DNA of 64,000 bases from Macrostomum hystrix (GCA_950097015.1 CATNEN010000001.1:7998001-8062000), one strand, 5' to 3'. Shown: positions 13,801 through 25,640, numbered from the stretch's first letter. Program-made: numbers and translations. The notes: a model not told the origin generated them from the sequence alone.

Positions 13801-16800
13801 AGTTTCAGATTTAGATAGGTGAAATTCAGATTTAGATAGGTGAAATTCAGATTTAGATAGGTGAGATTCAGATTTAGAAGAGTGAGATTCAGATTTAGAT
13901 AGGTGAGATTCAGATTTAGATAGGTGAGATTCATATTTAGATAGGTGAGATTCGGATTTAGATAGGTGAGATTCATATTTAGATAGATGAGATTCAGATT
14001 TAGATAGGTGAGATTCAGATTTAGATGGGTGAGATTCAGATTTAGATAGGTGAGATTCAGATTTAGATAGGTGAGATTCAGATTTAGAAGAGTGACATTC
14101 CGATTTAGAAGAGTGACATTCCGATTTAGAAGAGTGACATTCCGATTTAGAAGAGTGACATTCCGATTTAGAAGAGTGACATTCCGATTTAGAAGAGTGA
14201 CATTCCGATTTAGAAGAGTGACATTCCGATTTAGAAGAGTGAGATTCAGATCTATAAGAGTGAAATTCAGATTATAGTAAGTAAGATTCAGATTCGAATA
14301 CACTCAAAGAATTCTTACCTCCGTAGCTCTTGCATCGCACATTGGGATCAAGGCCGCTGCTTAGGTGCATGTTCACAGCAGTTGTGTCTCCGGCTTGCAA
14401 AGATTGCACAAAATGCTTCAGGTTAGACTGAAATTATGACAACAGAACATTGCCTAACTAGTGATTGCGAATTTAACAGACATCAATGATCCATGACTTA
14501 CATTGGTGTTGGCTCGCTTGATCTTATTCTCGCTGAGACTTGAGTTCCGATAAATGCGACGTTTGTAACGAAGCTGAAGGTTCAGAAAAACACTTTTTTA
14601 GTTTCTTTTGTAGTGATCGAGTTCTCAGAAAATGCATATACGAAGCTAGATCTTAGATCTTAGTTTCGACGAAGGTAGATTTCGTAGAAAAAGGAAGGTA
14701 GATTTCGGAGAATTAGGAAGGTAGATTTCGGAAGGTAGATTAAGGAAGGTAGATTTAGGAAGGTAGATTTCGGAAGGTAGATTAAGGAAGGTAGATTTAG
14801 GAACGTAGATTTCGGAAGGTAAATTTTGGAAGGTAGATTTCAGAAAGTAGATTTCAGAAAGTAGATTTCGGAAATTAGATTTTGGAAGGTAGATTTCAGA
14901 AAGTAGATTTTGGAAGGTAGATTTCAGAAAGTAGATTTTGGAAGGCAGAATTGATTAAGTTGTTTTAAGACGAAAGTTTAAAAAAATAAAATTTTGCAAC
15001 TCAGAGAAATAAAAACTAGCTCTTAAAATACTGCTCTAAGCGGTATTGATTTCGATAATGGGACAAAAAAGCATTCAAAAATCAACAGTAGCATAAAAAA
15101 TTCTAAGAAACTCAAGTTTGTTTGCATACTATAGCTTATCAGTACTAAATTAAATAGCCTTAAATTTCCCCTGATGTGTATGAAGCCTTGGACCTTATAT
15201 GGACCTTCTTGATATATTATTCTGCGCTGGTTACTCAGCGTATGTGCATTGATATTAAAGTGCATTAGCTCAGCAGATTATTAATTTGGAAGTAAGATAA
15301 CAAGCTTGATATACTGACTACCACTTTACTGACTGCCCCACTGCCTCCACTGACTACCCCGCTGCCTCCACTGACTACTCCACTGCCTCCACTGACTACT
15401 CCACTGCCTCCACTGACTACCCACTGCCTCCACTGACTACCCTACTGCCTCCATGACTACCCCACTGCCTCCACTGACTACTCTACTGCCTCCACTGACT
15501 ACCCACTGCCTCCACTGACTACCCTACTGCCTCCACTGACTACTCTACTGCCTCCACTGACTACCCCACTGCCTCCACTGACTACCCCATTGCCTCCACT
15601 GACTACCCACTGCCTCCACTGACTACCCTACTGCCTCCATGACTACCCTACTGCCTCCACTGACTACTCTACTGCCTCCACTGACTACCCACTGCCTCCA
15701 CTGACTACCCTACTGCCTCCACTGACTACCCCACTGCCTCCACTGACTACCCACTGCCTCCACTGACTATTCTACTGCCTCCACTGCCTACCCTACTGCC
15801 TCCACTGACTACCCTACTGCCTCCACTGACTACCCCACTGCCTCCACTGACTACCCCATTGCCTCCACTGACTACCCTACTGCCTCCACTGACTACCCTA
15901 CTGCCTCCACTGACTACCCTACTGCCTCCACTGACTATTCTACTGCCTCCACTGCCTACCCTACTGCCTCCACTGACTACCCTACTGCCTCCACTGCCTA
16001 CCCTACTGCCTCCACTGACTACCCTACTGCCTCCACTGACTACCCCACTGCCTCCACTGACTACCCCATTGCCTCCACTGACTACCCTACTGCCTCCACT
16101 GACTACCCTACTGCCTCCACTGACTACCCTACTGCCTCCACTGACTATTCTACTGCCTCCACTGCCTACCCTACTGCCTCCACTGACTACCCCACTGCCT
16201 CCACTGACTACCCCATTGCCTCCACTGACTACCCTACTGCCTCCACTGACTACCCTACTGCCTCCACTGACTACCCTACTGCCTCCACTGACTACCCTAC
16301 TGCCTCCACTGACTACTCTAAACCCCACAAGTAAAGGTAGATATTGGAATGCACATTTCGGAAGGTAGATTTTAGGAGGTGGATTTTGGAAGGTAGATTT
16401 CGAAAGGCAGGTTTTAGAAATGTACTATTTGGTAGGCAGATATTGGATATAAGCAGCAACCAAGCGACAGACCTCCACATCGCCCACAGGACCAGCCATC
16501 GGATAGTCGCTGAGCAGTCTCTCTTCCTGCATAAATTTTCCAGCCCGACCCCGACTATCCGGCATGTAGAGGCCGTAGTTCAGCCTGTCTGGCAGGGTTC
16601 TGCCTAGCTGGTCCAGGGCGCGAAGTTTTACTGCGTGAAGTGTGGCTCCGGGATCAAATTGTAGACACTTCTGCAATTGGTTGAAATCTCTTTTGTCTAG
16701 TCGAATCTTGCCTTCGTCTAACAGGTTGACTTCCATGTATAACAGTTTAATACCCTTATCTAACAGATTGACGCCCGTGTCTAACAGGTTGACGCCCATG

Positions 16801-17463
16801 TCTAGCAGGTTAACACCCGTGTCTAACAGGTTGAAGCCCGTGTCTAACACCGTTTCTAACAGGTTGACACCCGTGTCTAACAGGTTGACACCCGTATCTA
16901 ACAGGTTGAAGCCCGTGTCTAACAGGTTGAAGCCAGTGTCTAACAGGTTGACACCCATATCTAACAGGTTGACACCCGTGTCTAACAGGTTGACGCCCAT
17001 GTCTAGCAGGTTAACATCCGTGTCTATCAGGTTGACACCCGTGTCTAACAGGTTGAAGCCCGTGTCTAACATCGTGTCTAACAGGTTGAAGCCCGTGTCT
17101 AACACCGTGTCTAACAGGTTGACGCCCATGTCTAGCAGGTTAACATCCGTGTCTATCAGGTTGACACCCGTGTCTAACAGGTTGAAGCCCGTGTCTAACA
17201 TCGTGTCTAACAGGTTGACGCCCATATCTAACAGATTGACGCCCTTGTCTAGCAGGTCGACTACCTTGGCTAACAGGTCGACGCCCGTATCTAACAGGTA
17301 GATAACAGCGATTAGCAGTAATTAGCACTTTTGAGTAACACGTATTCGCCTTCCTCTAGCAGAAAAGGCTGCTCACCTCAGCATTCGTTTCTGGAACTCG
17401 AATCCGTAGAGTGACTGGTGGAAGCGTGACTTCGCTTTGTTGAATTTCCGCATTATTAGCCAT
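4815..17463 (-). CDS. SHANK: Shank-family scaffold (SPN/FERM-F0, ankyrin repeats, PDZ, polyQ/Pro-rich tail), about 995 aa, 10 exons
   Basis: Exons 17463-17377, 16670-16473 (KCLQFDPGATL...NYGLYMPDSRGRAGKFMQEERLLSDYP, SPN domain), 14573-14502 (LRYKRRIY), 14427-14319, 11488-11337, 11264-11097 (LLDLGQSPDCLDAKGLTPLYH), 10657-10541 (ACRLGREHHLELLLTYGAD...GNTPLH), 7918-7528, about 6600-6181 (PDZ, GFGFVLKG), 6088-4815; phases are consistent. Confidence 0.9.
7929..10460. repeat. Pentamer satellite (AGAAT/AGAGT/ATAAT)n, 2.5 kb, in a Shank intron
   Basis: Directly visible; explains the spurious YSILFYS ORFs. Confidence 0.97.
10688..11030. repeat. 12-bp minisatellite CATGAGTGAGAT
   Basis: Tandem units fill the intron 10658-11096. 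Confidence 0.95.
11510..12892. repeat. Two adjacent related 21/22-bp minisatellites (AGGATTGTTGCTAGGGAGTTG; GAGGATTAGCTACTGGAGGTA)
   Basis: Directly visible tandem units. Confidence 0.95.
13335..14255. repeat. 21-bp minisatellite GAGATTCAGATTTAGATAGGT
   Basis: Directly visible tandem units. Confidence 0.95.
14670..14948. repeat. 14-15-bp minisatellite GGAAGGTAGATTT(C)
   Basis: Tandem units; related degenerate copies at about 16335-16440. Confidence 0.9.
15325..16318. repeat. 21-bp minisatellite CTACTGCCTCCACTGACTACC
   Basis: Directly visible tandem units. Confidence 0.95.
16715..17298. repeat. 21-bp minisatellite TCTAACAGGTTGACACCCGTG in Shank intron 1
   Basis: Directly visible tandem units. 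Confidence 0.95.
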
Positions 17464-18024
17464 TCTGTGCTTCTTGTTGTAGAGGCAACAGCTATTAGCA
17501 AAATAAAACGATTTGTTTATTTGGTTTTTTAATATTTTTCTTGCCAAAAATGTTTTAAATAGAAACGCTGTTTAACTCTGCCGATAAATAGATTTTAGCT
17601 GACTTTAAGTTTTGTTTCTTTAGTCAGGCCGAGAGCGATCTGATAAAAGATTTGAGCAGAAGACTCTCTCAGGGGCTGCATGATAGTCTGGCCCCTGAAC
17701 AGATAGGGCGCAGTTTTTGAGGTTGCATGGTAGAGCAATAGACGCAAAAAATCTATTGGCTCACACTCGAATGGGCGAATGGCGTTTAAATGTACAGAAA
17801 AAAGTTGATTATAGTAGTGTACTGCTGGTTCTGTTATCGGTATAAGCGAGTGTTGAGTTGCTACATGCCCTGCTTTCAGAATACGATTCGTTAGAATTTA
17901 AGGCATTAATAATAATTGTAGATTATTGACTCGCGGATTTTATAGAATTTCTAAGATTATTATGGACCTGGTAAGGTAACTCGCTTTATAAGCAACAGGA
18001 AAAGAAATGAAATTGCCAACATAA

Positions 18025-18080
18025 GTTTAAAGTGCCGAAGCTTTTCGTCCTAAGCGGACATCGTCAGGGTCGATTTATTG
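18025..18080 (-). ncRNA. Minimal type I hammerhead ribozyme motif in the PLE 3' region (left copy)
   Basis: Reverse complement of the motif at 20457-20512. Confidence 0.7.
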
Positions 18081-18289
18081 AAAACGAAAACACTGGTATT
18101 TAAAAGTAGGTTGTTGCACATTGTGAGTTAAAGTCCGATGGACAGGGTCGATTTATTGAGAAACGAAAACGTAGGTGTTTAAAAGGTTATTGTACATTGT
18201 GAGATAAAGTCCGATGGGCAGGTCAAAAGGCGAACCAGAGGTTGGAGAGGAGCGCACACACAACTCAGAGAGAGAGCGTGCCTCATACG

Positions 18290-19474
18290 TCAGAACACTT
18301 GGAGCTGTTGGCTTGCACCGTTCCCCGCTAATTGGACATTAAGGTTTGGCTTGAGGGCCTTGATGTACATGGCTTCAAGAATGGTCAGTTTGTAATCTTG
18401 CCTACACGTGTCAACAACTTTGAACAGTTCAAGTGGCTCCTTATTACAACAACTATCGCAACCTAGCAAATGGTCCCGGATAGCAGAGTTTTTTACCCAA
18501 TGCTCCTTAGCCCTCGTGTACAAATGTCGTTTAGTCTTTCCCACGTAAGTGGTGCTCTGATCCACAGAACAATTGAATTGGTACACGACACCTGCAACAA
18601 GCGGCCTTGGAACACGGGATTTCAATCTGCTAACAAAACGGGAAATCTTGTCGGTGCGAAAGATGACCTTGATATCAGAGTCAAACCATTTACGGAAAAT
18701 CTTTTCAAGTTGTTTCTTGAACATCATCGAAGGGATTCCAATAAATGGCAGGATAATCATGGGAGTGTTCAGGTCCTTATCTCTATCCCTGTCCCTCTGC
18801 ATGCGACGATTAGTGAATTTGTTGTTCATGAACTTGTTGATGTGGTAATAAATGTAGTTTTTGGGATAGCCATTGGCACCAAAGATCCTAAGCAGTTCAA
18901 GGGTTTCAAGATGGAACATTTCCCAGGAGCTACAAATCGTAAAGGCTCTCTGAAGCATGCAACTAATGAGACCTGATTTCCATTGCCTTGGGCACAGAGC
19001 GTCGAACCGTAACATGAGCCCAGTGAACGTAGATTTCCGGAACACACCCGTGGAGAAAACGCCCTTCTCAGCATCAACGTTAATGTCGATGTCAAGAAAA
19101 GGGAGGCGTCTGCCACCGCCTTCCACAGTGAACTTTATGTTCTCGTGGGTTGAGTTGATGGCTTTTAGAAAGTCCTCCCTCTTGGCCTCATCGTCAAAGA
19201 TGGTGAAGGTGTCATCCACGTAGCGTTTGTAGAAGTGAGGGGCACATGGCAGCTTTAGCCACTCCTTCTCCCAATGGGTCATGCAAATGTTGGCAAGGGT
19301 GGGGGCCAGTGGGCTACCCATAGCACAACCATCAACCTGCCGGTAATATTTGTCCTGGAACAAGAACACCCCAGAGGTAGCGTATCCAAGCATTTTCTTG
19401 AACGTCACTTTGGAGAAAGGTGGGGGATTGTTCTGAAACACCAGATCAGCGGCCAAATCAATAGCCAACTTCAA
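18290..19474 (-). CDS. Penelope-like RT (C-terminal part) + GIY-YIG endonuclease, 5'-truncated
   Basis: GCAMGSPLAPTLAN, RYVDDTF, GVVYQFNC...YVGKTKRHLYTRAKEH...LEAMYIKALKPNLN. Confidence 0.92.
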   Translation of the reverse strand: MKLAIDLAADLVFQNNPPPFSKVTFKKMLGYATSGVFLFQDKYYRQVDGCAMGSPLAPTLANICMTHWEKEWLKLPCAPHFYKRYVDDTFTIFDDEAKREDFLKAINSTHENIKFTVEGGGRRLPFLDIDINVDAEKGVFSTGVFRKSTFTGLMLRFDALCPRQWKSGLISCMLQRAFTICSSWEMFHLETLELLRIFGANGYPKNYIYYHINKFMNNKFTNRRMQRDRDRDKDLNTPMIILPFIGIPSMMFKKQLEKIFRKWFDSDIKVIFRTDKISRFVSRLKSRVPRPLVAGVVYQFNCSVDQSTTYVGKTKRHLYTRAKEHWVKNSAIRDHLLGCDSCCNKEPLELFKVVDTCRQDYKLTILEAMYIKALKPNLNVQLAGNGASQQLQVF

Positions 19475-19486
19475 TGGGATGTGTTC

Positions 19487-20247
19487 CGGGTGTGTTCCGG
19501 AAATCTACGTTCACTGGGCTCATGTTACGGTTCGACGCTCTGTGCCCAAGGCAATGGAAATCAGGTCTCATTAGTTGCATGCTTCAGAGAGCCTTTACGA
19601 TTTGTAGCTCCTGGGAAATGTTCCATCTTGAAACCCTTGAACTGCTTAGGATCTTTGGTGCCAATGGCTATCCCAAAAACTACATTTATTACCACATCAA
19701 CAAGTTCATGAACAACAAATTCACTAATCGTCGCATGCAGAGGGACAGGGATAGAGATAAGGACCTGAACACTCCCATGATTATCCTGCCATTTATTGGA
19801 ATCCCTTCGATGATGTTCAAGAAACAACTTGAAAAGATTTTCCGTAAATGGTTTGACTCTGATATCAAGGTCATCTTTCGCACCGACAAGATTTCCCGTT
19901 TTGTTAGCAGATTGAAATCCCGTGTTCCAAGGCCGCTTGTTGCAGGTGTCGTGTACCAATTCAATTGTTCTGTGGATCAGAGCACCACTTACGTGGGAAA
20001 GACTAAACGACATTTGTACACGAGGGCTAAGGAGCATTGGGTAAAAAACTCTGCTATCCGGGACCATTTGCTAGGTTGCGATAGTTGTTGTAATAAGGAG
20101 CCACTTGAACTGTTCAAAGTTGTTGACACGTGTAGGCAAGATTACAAACTGACCATTCTTGAAGCCATGTACATCAAGGCCCTCAAGCCAAACCTTAATG
20201 TCCAATTAGCGGGGAACGGTGCAAGCCAACAGCTCCAAGTGTTCTGA
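19487..20247 (+). pseudogene. Second, more truncated Penelope ORF copy (thumb/linker + GIY-YIG)
   Basis: Translation is identical to the C-terminal part of 18290-19474. Confidence 0.9.
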
Positions 20248-20456
20248 CGTATGAGGCACGCTCTCTCTCTGAGTTGTGTGTGCGCTCCTCTCCAACCTCT
20301 GGTTCGCCTTTTGACCTGCCCATCGGACTTTATCTCACAATGTACAATAACCTTTTAAACACCTACGTTTTCGTTTCTCAATAAATCGACCCTGTCCATC
20401 GGACTTTAACTCACAATGTGCAACAACCTACTTTTAAATACCAGTGTTTTCGTTTT

Positions 20457-20512
20457 CAATAAATCGACCCTGACGATGTCCGCTTAGGACGAAAAGCTTC
20501 GGCACTTTAAAC
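20457..20512 (+). ncRNA. Minimal type I hammerhead ribozyme motif in the PLE 3' region (right copy)
   Basis: CTGACGA (20470-76), T, GTCC-GCTTA-GGAC stem II, GAAA (20491-94), palindromic AGCT, TC cleavage site at 20500. Confidence 0.72.
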
Positions 20513-20574
20513 TTATGTTGGCAATTTCATTTATTTTCCTATTATGGACCTAGTAATTTTAAACCGATTCCCGC

Positions 20575-20670
20575 TTAGCTTATATGGACACAACTTGCTT
20601 TCCATGTGCTGCGGTTTGAACTCACGACCTCTCGGTCAGAGTCCGAAGCACACTGCATGGGCTACAGCTA
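20575..20670 (-). mobile_element. Degenerate tRNA-derived SINE head
   Basis: Minus strand GCTGTAGCCCATGCAG...GAGGTCGTGAGTTCAAACC (B-box-like). Confidence 0.45.
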
Positions 20671-22139
20671 GGTTTCCCTATTTTAAGGACGATCGCGTAC
20701 ATGCATGCTGGCATTGAAGAAAAACAAGCACACAATACACACCTAATTAAAACGTACATGTTTGATCAACCTCTGTGTGCCTGGATGCCTTGCCTTAATT
20801 TATGTTAACTAATTCTTACAAACTGCATACTAAATTAATGAGCGCATGGCTAAATTAAAGCTTCACAAAATTTAACGTGCCTTTACCTTCTCTCCTTATT
20901 TTCATAAAATGCTGCCTCCGCTGCTCACTATTAGTTAAGCGCGAATGGAAAATACATTTTTGACTAAAATAAGATTACAATGCAGTTCAGGAATCGCGCA
21001 TGATTGCAGATTTTAAAATTTTGTCACAAATATAGCTCGGATTATGCAATACGAGCAGCTCCAGCTAATGAATGAATTTGTCTTGTTAAATTATTAATTC
21101 CCTAAGGTAGAATATGGTTCCTACAAAAATAGACGGTTTAGATATTTGTAGCAAAAAAGCTTTAGGACTTTTAAGCTCTTCATTATAACGTGTATACTGT
21201 AATTGACGAAAAAAATAAAAAAGGCGATGAAAAACATGGCACGTTGCAGAACGTTGTATATAATTTGCTACATTTATATGTAGACTCTGAGTAACAAGTA
21301 ACGAATTGTTTTTTGTGACCAACTTGTACAGGATGCGTAAAATAATAATTGTGTTCATTTATAAATAGCAAGAGTGTAGTGTGCTGTTATTACTAAAGAG
21401 GTTACTACCAAAGAGATCAAGACTCTCAATACTCTGTTGGTCGTTGCCGTAAAATAAACTTAAAAGATACGCACATCATTCAAAACAGTTTAAAGTTTAT
21501 TTGAAAAATAACTATATTTTATTACTTACTAACTTTTATTTATGGAAAAAATACAAGATAAATTATTTTAAATACTTAATTGTTTGTTCAAAATGGTCTG
21601 CTCAGACTTTAGTTGCACCGTCGATTTTAAAATCCACGCTTATTCCATGGAAGGGAGGCTCTAACCTAAGCAACCTCTTTGTTCGAAGGGACTTGTCTTC
21701 TTCTTGTCCCTCCGTTAATGTATTCTATACACACGTTTTTAGTGCATCGCTTTTTATTAACTTTTCCACTACTTTTTTCTTAGCCGATGCTCCACTTACT
21801 GCAAAATGATCTTATACGTGTCATGCTAGATTTCCATATTTTAGTTAGTTACTTCCATTGTTGCATAATTTAGTTAGGCCTAAATTATAATATGGCTTTA
21901 TCTAATATTAATAAAAGTATTTATACTCTTGAAATTGTCTACAAATAAAAATTATACAACTGCAAAGTCATTTTGCTCCACTTTAGCAATATTAGCATTA
22001 CATATGTATAAAAGTCTGGCTTGTGTAATTCCAGGGAAATGCCCATTTGCCTTAAGTTTGCTACCAATATTTGCAAGTTTATAAATTACTGATGCTTTAT
22101 TATGGATAGTAGGCCTAGTCTATCTAGCTTTCTCTGAAC

Positions 22140-22430
22140 AGTCTTACATAGGAGGCAAAATTTTATATTCAAGTCTTACCCCTATATGGGACCTACCTAC
22201 CTAGTTCCACAATACACAGAGGCTAGAGCTCTCTTAAAGCTTAACCACAGTGACCTCAGAGCAGTGAGCATGACCCTCTCAGGACATAGCTGCTTGTCCT
22301 GACCCTAGACCTACTTCCTCCAAAGCCAAATACAAGAGAAGATCTGCCCTTACTTGCTTGTATATGCCAAATAGGTGGTCCCTTTGCCTCATTGAAAAGT
22401 GTCCAACACACCCTGTAGCTAAGTCAAGAC
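22140..22430 (+). pseudogene. Decayed 3' fragment of a non-LTR retrotransposon (I/Loa-like C-terminus)
   Basis: Manual translation ARALLKLNHSDLRAVSMTLSGHSCLS*...EKICPY resembles the L(T/S)GH...CPFC fragment at 49478. Confidence 0.45.
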
Positions 22431-23627
22431 AGGCCTATTTGAAATAAACAATTTGTTTTGTTAAGTTAATTAGTTTCTAAACAATTATATAGGCCTTTGC
22501 TATAGGCTATGGCTAATTATTAAGCAAATAGAACATGTACAAAAACTTATAACTCTGTGTATATTATTTTCTTTTTCTAGGACTTTTCTAGGATAGAAGC
22601 AAAAAAATATTCACTTATTTTATGCATGTATTATATAGAAATTTATATATAACATTTTTAACCATCTTCATCTACATGCTTATCAATTCCATAGACTTTA
22701 ATTTATTTAAGCTAGAATATAATTACAATTTAATGGTTATTCATGACCTTGTAGTTCAAAATATGAATATGTATTTCTGAAGATCTTTTTTTAGAAATAA
22801 AGATCTTAACAATTTAGTAGCTTGCAATAGTCTAATACCTAAAGCCATCAAAAGCTATACAAATGAAAAATGGCAAATATCGCTATAAAAAGTTACAGAT
22901 ATGAAAATTGTTGCTTAAAATTGTTGTATGCATCTTGATTCTTGCTCTTATATTTGGGGTTTTCTCAACTAAATGGTTTGCCATTAAGCCTTTGTAGAAA
23001 CCTATATGCCATATGTACTTTGTGAAATGTGCTTCTCCCCAGTCCCTTTCCTGCTATTAAAGATAAGTACCCCTTCACAGATAGAGACTCTTAATTCTCT
23101 GGTATGGTGTTGAGGCCTTGAGGCAATTCTGGTGTTATGGCACTCAAAACTTAATTCTCTTGTGTTTTGTTGAGGCCTTGAATTGTAGAGATTTTCATGT
23201 TATGTGCATGTTGTGGTAAGGGGTTTCATCCTAAAATTTTTTGTGTCCTAAGCTGTATTATAACTTATTTCATTTCTGTGACTTAAATATACTTGTATAT
23301 GTGTATTTGGGCTAGCCAGGAAGCCATGAATACTAATTGGAAGTTTATTAAGTTATAAGATAGCAATACAGAAAGGCTTCAAAATTTTTCTGCAATATAT
23401 CTGATACAACTACTGAAAAAAATAGTTTATTCTAGAACTTTTTTAGTCATGGTTATTTTCATATTTTGTTATTTTTGCAGAAAGCAAAATGTATTATGCT
23501 GTAACTGTTAACAGTAACTTATTCTACTATGTACTACAGTTATACTAAGACTGTTATAAAGTTAGAATCTTGTTTTCGCATTTTCAACTGACCTGAGTAA
23601 AAAAGATACAAAATTTACTCTTGCAGC

Positions 23628-24109
23628 ATCGCATTGTGCCCCTACTTCGTCAGGCTAGTAGAGGCCTGAAACAATTGCGCATTGTGAAGGATGACAAGAA
23701 TACAACTATCATTGATCTAGTAGATTGTGTTCGTCAGCCAAAATCGCCTAAGCTAGATTTAACTGGCATTGGGCATCCACAAGAGACTTGCCCAATTACA
23801 AAGCTAACTCAGGCTGGTATTAAGCTAGAATACACCGATGTTAAAGTTCTTGCTCAATTTCTGCGGCCGGATGGTTCTATATTGCCAAAGGAGGCCACGG
23901 GATTGTCGTTGAAGTCGCAGTACTACATCGAGATGCTGATTGAGCGAGCTAGAAAGTGTGGATTATTACCACTGGATATTAGTCCCAATGGTGAGCATAT
24001 CTACGCTAAGCAGCCTAGAGATCGATTCAATGTTTATTACAACTCCAATATAATTGGCATACCGACTGCTGCTAAATCTGCCTGGAAATATCGGGCACCA
24101 GAGGATTAA
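23628..24109 (+). CDS. MRPS18A: Mitochondrial ribosomal protein bS18 family (MRPS18A/mL66-like)
   Basis: CPI...YTDVKVLAQFLRPDGSILPKEATGL...ARKCGLLP; begins directly after the acceptor TTGCAG at 23627, with no in-frame ATG at its start. Confidence 0.85.
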
Positions 24110-24439
24110 ATAATTGAAAGACAGCTTTTCAGACATTTAGAAACATCTTTGTTGTAGGTCCTTCTGTCTTCTTGTTAGCACAAATTGATTATCTAAACCA
24201 AATATAGGATACTAGAATCTTTTTTGCCACAATGTATTGAATAATTGGTAGCTTAAGATTACAAATAATTGTAAGCTTTGTAAACTACTGTACTCTTTGA
24301 TTTATTCGTAAAATAAAACCAAAGAGTAGGCATTTTCTTCTGCCTATTGTGACTGTTAATTTAGAATGCCATCTTAAGAGTTATATTTTTTGTAAATTTT
24401 TAATGCTTTTTTAAGGTTAAATAATCTGACGCGCAAATT

Positions 24440-25640
24440 ACGTTGGTATAGTGCCCCACACAGTTGGCATAGTGCCACTGCCCCACACAGTTGGCATAGT
24501 GTCCCACTCAGTTGGCATAGTGCCCCACACAGTTGGCAATGTCCCACTCAGTTGGCATAGTGCCCCACTCAGTTGGCATAGTGTCCCATTCAGTTGGCAT
24601 AGTGTCCCACTCAGTTGGCATAGTGTCCCATTCAGTTGGCATAGTGTCCCACTCAGTTGGCAGTGTCCCACTCAGTTGGCATAGTGTCACACTCTTTGGC
24701 ATCGTGTCCCACTCAGTTGGCATAGTGTACCACTCAGTTGGCATAGTGTCCCACTCTTTGGCATAGTGCCCCACACAGTTGGCATAGTGTCCCACTCAGT
24801 TGGCATAGTGTCACACTCTTTGGCATCGTGTCACACTCAGTTGGCATAGTGTCCCACACAGTTGGCATAGTGTCACACTCAGTTGGCATAGTGTCCCACC
24901 CAGTTGGCATAGTGTCACACCCAGTTGGCATAGTGTCACACTCAGTTGGCATAGTGTCCCACACAGTTGGCATAGTGTCACACTCTTTGGCATCGTGTCA
25001 CACTCAGTTGGCATAGTGTCCCACACAGTTGGCATAGTGTCACACCCAGTTGGCATAGTGTCACACTCAGTTGGCATAGTGTCCCACACAGTTGGCATAG
25101 TGTCACACCCAGTTGGCATAGTGTCACACTCAGTTGGCATAGTGTCACACTCAGTTGGCATAGTGTCACACTCAGTTGGCATAGTGTCCCACACAGTTGG
25201 CATAGTGTCACACTCTTTGGCATCGTGTCACACTCAGTTGGCATAGTGTCCCACACAGTTGGCATAGTGTCACACTCAGTTGGCATAGTGTCACACTCAG
25301 TTGGCATAGTGTCACACTCAGTTGGCATAGTGTCACACTCAGTTGGCATAGTGTCCCACTCTTTGGCATAGTGTCACACTCAGTTGGCATAGTGTCCCAC
25401 TCAGTTGGCATAGTGTCCCACCCAGTTGGCATAGTGTCCCACCCAGTTGGCATAGTGTCCCACCCAGTTGGCATAGTGTCCCACTCTTTGGCATAGTGTC
25501 ACACTCAGTTGGCATAGTGTCACACTCAGTTGGCATAGTGTCACACTCAGTTGGCATAGTGTCCCACTCAGTTGGCATAGTGTCCCACCCAGTTGGCATA
25601 GTGTCCGACACACAGTTGGCATAGTGCCCCACTCAGTCGG
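24440..25640. repeat. 21-bp minisatellite CAGTTGGCATAGTGTCACACT
   Basis: Directly visible tandem units. Confidence 0.96.

Larger units (their letters stand above)
17975..20540. mobile_element. Penelope-like retroelement: two 5'-truncated copies joined head-to-head as an inverted repeat
   Basis: Arms 17997-19050 and 19487-20540 are reverse complements; flanked by ATTATGGACCT(G/A)GTAA at 17959-17974 and 20541-20556 (TSD-like). Confidence 0.93.

Noticed and set aside
8798-16368. Repeat-peptide ORFs (YSILF, MSEI, LNLTY, VSGGSR, LPPLTT)
   Set aside because: All are translations of intronic tandem repeats in Shank
16671-17225. Heptad LLDTGVN repeat in frame with Shank exon 2
   Set aside because: It lies in intron 1; exon 1 and a TTGCAG acceptor give a normal SPN domain, and intron retention would hit a stop at 17356
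18470-20067. Antisense and alternative-frame ORFs within the Penelope arms, LINE ORFs and GC-rich exons
   Set aside because: Shadow frames of real coding sequence with no independent motifs
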